From NCBI GenBank assembly GCA_037447605.1, contig CM074813.1, positions 3,224,272-3,288,271 of the forward strand: DNA of 64,000 nucleotides, read 5' to 3'. Source of the DNA: Zygnema circumcarinatum SAG 698-1b (lineage: Eukaryota; Plantae; Zygnematophyceae). The notes under the pieces are model-generated. The model saw only the letters and a list, made by a program, of their open reading frames with translations. It searched no databases and was not told where the DNA came from. The position numbers and the translations under genes are program-made. Below, piece by piece: positions 55,494 to 64,000 of this stretch (positions within the stretch are counted from its first letter, which is position 1; the number at the start of each line of letters is the position of its first letter).

Positions 55494-58400
55494 TCAGAGA
55501 GGAGGGAAGGTCGTACCCAGACTCTGAGAGGCTCCACGAATCAGCAAACAAGTAACGCGATATGGAAATCCAACGATTTTTGGTGAGGTGCAGACCAAAT
55601 AATCGGGTTTGTGCTCTTTCATGTCGAATGATTCTGCAGCATCAGCATCAAGAACTATTTCAGTGGCATCTAGCAGCACGTGCCACAAGTTGCGTTGCGC
55701 CTCAGAAACCCAGTGAAGAGAATTCTTAAGGCCGCCCGCCTGCACAGGATATGCAAATAAGCCCTGCATACACACGACAAAGACAATCATATTTCCGTCA
55801 AATTAATGAAGGCAATTAGGAGAACATTGGGTTGCTGCTGCCAGATCCAGAAAAGGTGGGATTTCCAAGATGAGTTAACACAGCTCCAACTTCTGGTTCC
55901 AAATTCACGCATACCAGGCCTTTGACACGTACCAATCTGATTTCTTCCCTCGGTATTATCTTCCAAGAATTAAGTCCTACTGTTCATTCTACCTTTCATT
56001 TGGGAAGCCTTAATCAAAACAGATGCTTGAAGGAACTCGACAAACTCCATCATCAAGCCGCCTTGGCTCCAAACTTTCATGAGATAAAGAGTAGATAGTA
56101 TTGTCAGGTCTTTGTGCCTATGATAGCAAATCAGCATTTTAAATTCGTCCATTCCTACCTTGGGATTGCTTTTGCTCTTCTTTCGAAAGTGGGTACTGAG
56201 CTGTGATCCAGCAATGCGCAAATCGAGCCACGCAGTTGGTGCCTCAATTTTCTTTGCATCCTGTTTCCGGCAATACAAAAAAAAAAAAAAGCGAGGAGCA
56301 AAGCGACAGATGATAACAACATTAGTCAAATTCCATGGTAGAGTTCACACCTCTCTTGCAACACAGTCACTTTTCAGTAAACGAGATTTTTCAGGCCCAT
56401 AATATTTTTTTTCGTCCAAAATCTGGGGAGCAAATTATGATCCATCGCCTTTATAATCCCTTTCACAACAGCAAAGAAGGACAAGGAACAGCATCCTCAC
56501 CCTGAGGTATGCAAAATGAGAGATATATTCATGTTTCTCATCAAGAGATGTCATATACACGTTGTGTTTGTGAAATGGATATGCCTCTCCGACGAGCATA
56601 AAGGCATCCTGTGAAAAGCCACCAACCACCTTCCAGCATTACCAAAAAAAAAAAAAAAAAAAACAGCATCAAACATTCCCTTGAGTCCTTTGCTGTATTG
56701 AATCGGTCCATGTCAACCTACTACATACATCGACTTCATGATTAATGGGCGAAAGACCGAAGGCAAACTGTTGCATGACTGAAAGAGACTCTGAAAACGC
56801 TTTATACCGTTGCTGTCGGCGTAAAAACCACATGGTACTCTGCCTGGTCGACTCCACAACGCTGCAGGACACGACTACGGACATGAATCTCTGTTACGGA
56901 CAGAGAGTTGTCCATCGTCACCGTTTTGCCAGACATGATCTCCTGCAGAGCCAACAGATCCATATTAGTCACTAGATAGAAACTCATTTGCAGAAGGGAC
57001 CTCTACATTCTTCACTAAAATCCAACCCTAAAATACAATTAGCGGACACAAGACAAATCAAGAGACATCAGAATAGAGTGTCCAATTCACTCTAGATGAA
57101 CAATCTACTAATAAGAAAATGCCTCTGTGAAAGAATTGAAAAAGAAGTCAGGAGAAGTGAAGTGGTCAGCAGTAATACTGAATGTAAGGCCTTAAGACAA
57201 AACAATCCTGTCACACCTTTCTCTACATTACCCCAATGCATGTCATTCAGATACTCTTGCGCACGCAAGGGCAGCACAGCAAGAATGTGCTTCTCACATA
57301 AAGACGGCCTGCACAGAGTTGTGCTTTTGCTGGTTCTTCCGCCAAACAAGCGCCTGACGGCTGCCACCGAGTAAACCATGGGCCAGATTGCTGAGGAGGA
57401 CCATTTCCTCGGACACCACTTCGCTTGTTCTGCTCAGTTAATTGCCGCTGCCTCTGAAGCGTGTCCCTGTCATCATTCGAGCCGAAATCCGCGAGATTTT
57501 CAGCATTCGGAAAAATAGAAGAGCTGTCTCAAGCACCACGAGATTGAGGTAGGTTCCAGAACTTATACTGTCATTATGAGCTTCTCTAATGATAGCCAGA
57601 TTATGGAACCCCTGCCGAACCGTGCATGAATGAAACGGAAAAAACCAGGACGATTTTTAGCTGCCACTCCACACAAAGAACCTAGCAAAACATTGGCCGA
57701 AATGATCAGCCTGCATTCTCAAAGCCACACATGTTTTTCCTCGTCTTCAGATCCCTACATAATGATTCCGAAACCAACAAAGGTGCACCTGACATCAGGG
57801 CTGGCATCTGGTGATGGCTGGTCCCCATCATCCTCCTCACAGACGCGAGGCAAATTCATACCAACCACTCTTTCCATGTATATCTCGGGATATCGAGCCT
57901 TCACATAATCCTCCACATATCGCATTTCATCTGGAGAGATAGGCGCAGACCATCTAACATCTAGATGATTTTCTGGCTCCCCTCTCATGGCTTGCATCGC
58001 CTCCGCGATAAGGTGGGGAGGTATAGTAACATTGCTTTGCTGCTGCACAAAGGCTAGGATGTCGCTGCATTAGCGGGCGTTCATATTACTTGCCAGATGC
58101 CTGACCTGGAAAACCCTAACAATCCTCAAGGAACTCAAGAAACCCTAAGCACGAATTAAGCCAATTGCCAAATGCCGTCACATCACTAGCTGCAGGACTC
58201 GCTGAAGGTAGCAACGGAATATGCAACTATAAACAGTAGCATGTACTGCTGCAGTCATTGCTCTATGCATAGGTCGACATAAAGGTTGACACAGAACATG
58301 CAGGAAAACACTGCAAAGAGGCTGTGGTATCCGCATACACGTATGCACTATAATCACGATTGACATGATAGAGTGCTAACAACAGAGCTGTCTGCGGTAA

Positions 58401-58807
58401 ATCTAGCCTTTCGGATCCATTACTTTCTCAGGCGGCACCACATCTATTTACAATATCCCTTTCACTGGGCACGAACAGGAGACGAAAGAGAATGTTCTCA
58501 GAAATGAACTGCCGACGCGCAACCAAGAATACGGAATTTTGCGGAAATATACCTTGCCAGCAGAAACACTTCGTTTATAGCTTCCAGAACCATTCAGAGA
58601 CGACTGCATATTCGTATTCGCTAGATTGTCATCATCTGTGACCTGTAAGCCAAATGGTGTGCAACGAAGAACGATGCCCATGGAGGTTCAGAAGCCACAG
58701 TTAGACAAATCCTAATTTTAGCAGTCAGCCGACACCAGAGTGGGCGAGCTACTAGCAGCTTCAAGAGTTGCGCACTGAAATTAGAGTGCATAGCTTACCC
58801 CTCCCAT
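55494..58807 (-). CDS. Plant-type PLP-dependent transferase-fold (molybdenum cofactor sulfurase-like) protein
   Basis: Exons complement(~58805-58807 start uncertain, ~58552-58641, 57789-58045, ~57380-57520, 56808-56942, 56501-56608, 56159-56260, 55494-55763). Peptides EMRYVEDYVKARYP, DAFMLVGEAYPF, WLDLRIAGSQLSTHFRKK, GLFAYP and HWVSEAQRNLWHVLLDAT resemble a conserved land-plant family, as recalled from memory. Confidence 0.8.
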
Positions 58808-59085
58808 GGAAGCATAGACATGGTCAAAGTCACCGCTTATTCCTCCCTGCTCCATGGCAGAGGGCTGCAGCCAGCCCACAGCGGGCGGACGGCTTTCTCA
58901 CGCAATAGGTGCAAGCGTGACGGTGAGGGCGAGCGCGCGGCGGAGAGGGCGGCGTGCCGGGGGGAGGGGAAGGGGGAGGGGCGCCATGGAAGCGGCCGCC
59001 GTACCGTCCTGCACGCGAGTGGAGTCCAGCTGCAGCTGCAGCTGTACCTATAGCGCTGGGCAGCTCCAGGCGCGTGTCCCGACTC

Positions 59086-59110
59086 GACTCGACTCGACTC
59101 GACTCGACTC
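59086..59110. repeat. (GACTC)n microsatellite in the GC-rich 5' region
   Basis: Five units seen directly. Confidence 0.85.
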
Positions 59111-59734
59111 GGGACTCCCTCGCGACTCGAGGGAGCGCCCGCGGGGCTGCGACCCGAGGAGCCTTCTGGAGGGATCCTGCGACCCCCCCCCCTTCCCGCA
59201 CGCACGGCTGGCCGTACCGCACCGCACCGCGGCCCAGCACGCCACGCCACGTCACGTCACGCCTTTCCACGGCGCGTGCTCCGTTAGAGCGCTTGCGGGA
59301 TCAACTCATCAAACTACCGTACTATCAGTAGGTTTGAACTTTGAACATTTTTTAGGAATTGTTCAAAGTTCAAGTGAAAAGAGTTTCAAGAAAGGTTTCA
59401 TTTGCACATTTGAACACTCGAAATGAACAGTTTTCCAAATCGAACAACATGAAACAAAGTTCACTTGTTCAAAGTCTCAATCTGTTTGGTTCCGTGTGGC
59501 TTCAAATTTTCGCAATGCAAGATTCAAAACCCTAAAACTTTGCTTAACTCCAGCCCAATTTTCGCCAGACGGCTTTTTGCGCCAGATCGACGATTCCGTA
59601 CGGTACAGAGAAGGAAACGGGCAAAATTTGCTAACCATTTGGACGAGAAGGTGACGGACTCAAGTGGTGCAGTGCTTCTCCCCCACCAAATTTGCCAACC
59701 ATCCGGCCCGGGCTGAGTCCGTGGCCAAACCCAA

Positions 59735-62700
59735 GCCTCAGGCCTTGTGGCCTTGTGGGCCTCAGGCCTCTTTGCGGCCTCCTTTGCAATTCTTTGTGGC
59801 CTTGTGGCCTCCTTGTGGCCTCAGGCCTCAGGCCTCAGGTGGCCTCAGGCCTCAGGCCTCTTTGGTGGCCCTTGTGGCCTTGCGGCCTCTTTGCGGCCTC
59901 TTTGTGGCCTTTTGTGGCCTCAGGCTCTGCAGGCTCTCAGGCCTTGTGCCTTGTGGCCTTTGGTGGCCTCTTTGGTGGCCTCTTGCGGCCTCAGGCCTCT
60001 CAGGCCCTTTGCGGCCTCTTGGTGGCCCTTTGTGGCCTCTGGTGGCTCCCAGGGCTCCTTGTGGCCTTGTGGCCTCAGGCCTGTGGCCTCTTTGTGGCCT
60101 TTAGGCTCCAGGGCTCCTCAGGCCTCAGGCTCCTTGTGGCCTCAGGCCCTTTGCGGCCTCTTTGTGGCCTCAGGCCCAGGCTCTTGTGGCCTCAGGCCTT
60201 GGTGGCCTTGGTGGCCTCAGGCCTCAGGCTCTCAGGCCTCTTTGTGGCCTTGAGGCCTCCTCTTCTTTGCGGCCTCAGGCCTCAGGCCTTGCGGCCTCAG
60301 GCCTCTTTGGTGGCCTCCTTGCGGGCTTTGCGGCCTCAGGCCTCAGGCCTCAGGCCTCAGGCTCTTGGTGGCCTTGCGGCCTTGCGGCCTCTTTGGTGGC
60401 CTCAGGCCTTGCGGGCCCTTATGGGCCCCTCAGGCCCTTGGTGGCCCAGGCCCTCTTGTGGCCTCTTTTAGGGCCTCAGGCTCCTTCTCAGGCTCCCAGG
60501 CTCCTTTTAGGCTCCTTTGCGGCCCTTGTGGCCCTTGCGGCCTCAGGCCTCAGGCCTCAGGCCTCAGGCTCCCAGGCCCTTGTGGCCTTGCGGCCTCAGG
60601 CCTCAGGCCCTTGCGGCCTCAGGCCTTGCGGCCTCTTGCGGCCTCTTGCGGCCCCAGGCCTCAGGCTCTTTGGTGGCCTCAGGCCTCTCAGGCCTTGGTG
60701 GCCTTGCGGCCCCAGGCCCTTGCGGGGCCTCTCAGGCTCCTCAGGCCTCAGGCCCTTGTGGCCCTTTGCGGCCCCAGGCCTCAGGCCTCTTGCGGCCTCT
60801 TGTGGCCTCTTTGCGGCCTCTCTTGTACCCCAGGCCCCAGGCCCTTATGGGCCCTTTGCGGCCTCTCCCAGGCCTCAGGCTCCTAGGGCCTTGTGGCCCT
60901 TTGTGGCCTCAGGCCTTATGGGCCTCTTGTGGCCTCAGGCCTCAGGCCTTTAGGCCTCTTGTGGCCTCAGGCCTCTAGGCCTTGTGGCTTTAAGTGGGCC
61001 TCAGGGCCTTGCGGCCTCAGGCCTCAGGCCTTGCGGCTCAGGCCTCAGGCCTCAGGCCTCTTATGGGCTCCTTGTGGCCTTTGGTGGCCTCAGGCCTCAG
61101 GCCTTTGGTGGCCCTTTGTGGCCTCTCAGGGCCTCTCAGGCCTCCCAGGCTCCTTGGTGGCCTCAGGCCTCAGGCCTCAGGCTCCTTGTGGCCTCAGGCC
61201 CTTGTGGCCTTGTGGCCTTGGTGGCCTTTGGTGGCCTTGGTGGCTCTTTGTGGCTTTGTGGCCTCAGGGCTCCTTAGGCCTTGTGGCCTTTGGTGGCCTC
61301 TGCGGCCTGTAGCCCCTGGTGGCCTTTGTGGCTCCCAGGCCTTTAGGCCTCTTATGTGGCCTGCAGTGGCCCTTTGCGGCCTCAGGCCTCAGGCCTCAGG
61401 CCCCAGGGCTCCTCAGGCCTCAGGCCTCTCAGGCCTTTGGTGGGCCTCAGGCCCTTTTTGTGGCCCTTTTTGCGGCCTCTTTGTGGCCTCCTTGTGGCCT
61501 TTGCGGCCTCAGGCCTTGTGGCCTTGTGGCCTTGTGGCCTCAGGCTCCCAGGCCTCAGGCCTCAGGCCTTTTATGGCCTCAGGCCTCGTGGCCTCTTGGT
61601 GGCCCCAGGCCTTGCGGCCTCAGGCCTCTTTGGTGGCCTCTTCAGGGCTCCCAGGCCTTGTGGCCTTGTGGCCTTTGTGGCCTTTGTGGCCCTTGTGTGG
61701 CCTTGCGGCCCCAGGCCTCTTTAGGCCTCAGGCCTTTGCGGGCCTCTTTGTGGCCTCTTGTGGCCTTTGTGGCCTCAGGCCTTCTTATGGGCCTTGAGTG
61801 GCCTTGTGGCCCAGGCTCCTTGTGGCCTTTGCGGCCTCAGGCCTCAGTGGCCTCTCAGGCCTCTTGGTGGCCTCTCAGGCCTCAGGCTCAGGCTCTAGGC
61901 CTCTTTTAGGCCTCTTGTGGCCTCTTTTTGTGGCCTTGGTGGCCTCTTGTGGCCCTTGTGGCCTTGTGGCCTTGTGGCCTCCAGGCCCTTGTGGCCTCAG
62001 GCCTCCTTTGGTGGGCCTCTGTGGCCTCTTGCGGCCTCAGGCCTCTTGGTGGGCCCTCAGGGCTCCCAGGTTTCAGGCCTTAGGCTCCTTGGTGGCCTCA
62101 GGGCCTCAGGGCTCCCAGGCCTCAGGCTCCCAGGGCCTCAGGCCTTAGGCCCCAGGCCTGTGGCCTCAGGCCTCAGGCCTTTGTGGCCTTGTGGGCCTCT
62201 GTGGCCTCAGGCTCCTAGGCCTCAGGGCCTCAGGCCCCAGGCCTCTTGTGGCCTCTAGGCTCCTTTTGTGGCCTCTTAGGCCTTTGTGGCCTTTAGGCCT
62301 TGGTGGCCCTTTTTAGTGGCCTCTTGGGCCTGGAGGGGCCTCCCAGGCCTCTTGGGAGGGGCCTGGTGGGCCTCCCAGGCCTGAGGCTTTGAGGCCTCAG
62401 GCCTCTTTGTGGCCTCAGGGCCTTTTTATGGGCCTTAGTGCCTCAGGCTCCAGGGCCTCTCAGGCTCCCAGGGCCTTGTGGCTCCCAGGCCTCAGGCCTC
62501 AGGCCTCAGGCCTCTCAGGCCTCAGGCCTCAGGCCTCAGGCCTCTCAGGCCTCAGGCCTCAGGCTCCTTGTGGCCTCTTAGGCCTCAGGCCTCAGGCTCC
62601 TCAGGCCTCTGCGGGCCTTGGTGGCCTTCTTAGGCCTCTTTTTTTGCGGCCTCTTTGTGGCCTTGGTGGCTCCAGGCCTCTCAGGCCTTTGGTGGCCTCA

Positions 62701-63969
62701 GGCCTTTGTGCACTTTGTGGCCTCTTAGGCCTCTTTAGGCCCTTTGCGGCCTCAGGCCTCTTGCGGGGCCTCAGGCCTCCCCCAGGCCTCCCAGGCCTCA
62801 GGGCCTCGGCGGCCTTGTGGCCTCAGGCCTTCTTTAGGGCTCTCAGGCCTCAGGCCTCAGGCTCCTCAGGCCTTGTGGCCTCTAGGCTCCTAGGCCTCAG
62901 GCCTCAGGCCTTTAGGCCTTTTAGGCCTTTGTGGCCTTCTTTAGGCTCTAGGCCTTTTAGGCCTTTTGTACCTTGTGGCCTTGCGGGCTCAGGCTTGAGG
63001 GGCTTTGTGTGGCCTTGTGGCCTTTGTGGCCTTGGTGGCCTTGGTGGCCTTGAGGGCCCTTGGTGGCCTCTCAGGGCCTTGGTGGCCTCAGGCCTTGCGC
63101 CCTTTGTAGGCCTCAGGCCTTTGGTGGCCTCTTTAGGCCTTGGTGGCCTCAGGCCTCTTTGCAGGCTCCCAGGCCTCTTTGTGGCCTTTGTGGCCTCAGG
63201 CCTCAGGCCTTTGTGGGCTCCTTTGTGCCTTGTGGCTCCTTGCGCCCTTGTGGCCTCCAGGCTCCTTGTGGCCTTGCGGCCTATGGGCCTCAGGCTCCCA
63301 GGCTCCTATGGCCTCAGGCTCCTAGGGCCCCAGGCCCCAGGCCTCTCAGGCCTTGGTGGGCCTCAGGCTCCTTAGGCTCCTTCTTTGGTAGCCTCCTTGC
63401 GGGCCTCTTCTTTGCGGCCTCTTTGCGGCCTCTTTGCGTGGCCTTTGCGGCCTTGGTGGCCCTTTGTGGCCTTATGGCCTCAGGCCTCTTAGGCCTCTTT
63501 GTGGCCTTGTGGCCTCTCAGGCCTCTCAGGCCTCAGGCCTTGGTGGCCTTTGCGGGCCTTGGTGGCCTCAGGCCTCTTGCAGGCCTTGGTGGCCTCAGTG
63601 GGCCTCAGGCCTCAGGCCTCAGGCCTCAGGCCTCAGGCCCTTGAGGCCCTGGGTGGCCTCTCAGGGCTCCTCAGGCCTTGTGGCCTCAGGCCTCAGGCCT
63701 CAGGCTCCTTGTGGCTCCCAGGGCCTCAGGCCTTGTGGCCTCAGGCCTCTTGCATTCCCAGGCCCAGGCCTTGCGGCCTCAGTGGGCCTTGTACCTCTTT
63801 GCGGCCTCAGGCCTTTATGGCCTCAGGCCTCAGGCCTCTTGCGGCCTTAGGCCTTTAGGCCTCTTTGGTGGCCTCAGGCCTCAGGCCTCAGGCCTCAGGC
63901 TCCTAGGCCCAGGGCCAGGGCCTTGAGGGCCTTGGTGGCCTTTTGCGGCCTCTTAGGCTTTGTGGCTCA
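59735..63969. repeat. ~4.2-kb degenerate GGCCT-based satellite
   Basis: Hundreds of 6-14-nt units beginning GGCC(T)/GGCTC (GGCCTCA, GGCCTTGT, GGCCTCTTTGT, GGCCTTGGT). The + strand is strongly A-poor. Confidence 0.95.
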
Positions 63970-64000
63970 GCGCTTTCAAACATGCACGTAGGAACTATCT

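Noticed and set aside
59664-63926. Many long ORFs (up to 328 aa) rich in GLRPQAS
   Set aside because: They arise from an A-poor satellite that rarely forms stop codons, and are open in several frames at once.

Overview
Intron-rich eukaryotic nuclear DNA, most plausibly from a streptophyte (charophyte-grade) green alga. This is inferred from plant-like MCM3 and PLP-fold proteins, GT-AG introns and teloboxes; it is not proven. From left to right: (1) a secreted PAN/apple + extensin-like Pro-rich protein (-); (2) a RING + TRAF-type zinc-finger E3 ligase (-), head-to-head with (3) a 17-exon MCM3 (+), with a long-TIR non-autonomous DNA transposon between them; (4) a UBC/E2 domain (-) with a ~190-aa insertion; (5) an A20/Cezanne/VCPIP1-type OTU deubiquitinase (-); (6) a ~20-kb nest of Ty3/gypsy LTR retrotransposons (33-52.9 kb) containing six 10-N scaffold gaps; (7) a plant-type MOCOS-like PLP-fold gene (-); (8) a ~4.2-kb GGCCT-based satellite. 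The main finding is that in-frame, phase-matched splice sites link the OTU gene to the E2 ORF. This suggests a single ~1,200-1,300-aa deubiquitinase-E2 fusion with both catalytic cysteines intact. Exon boundaries were read by eye and no searches were run. No rRNA, tRNA or CRISPR array was recognised.
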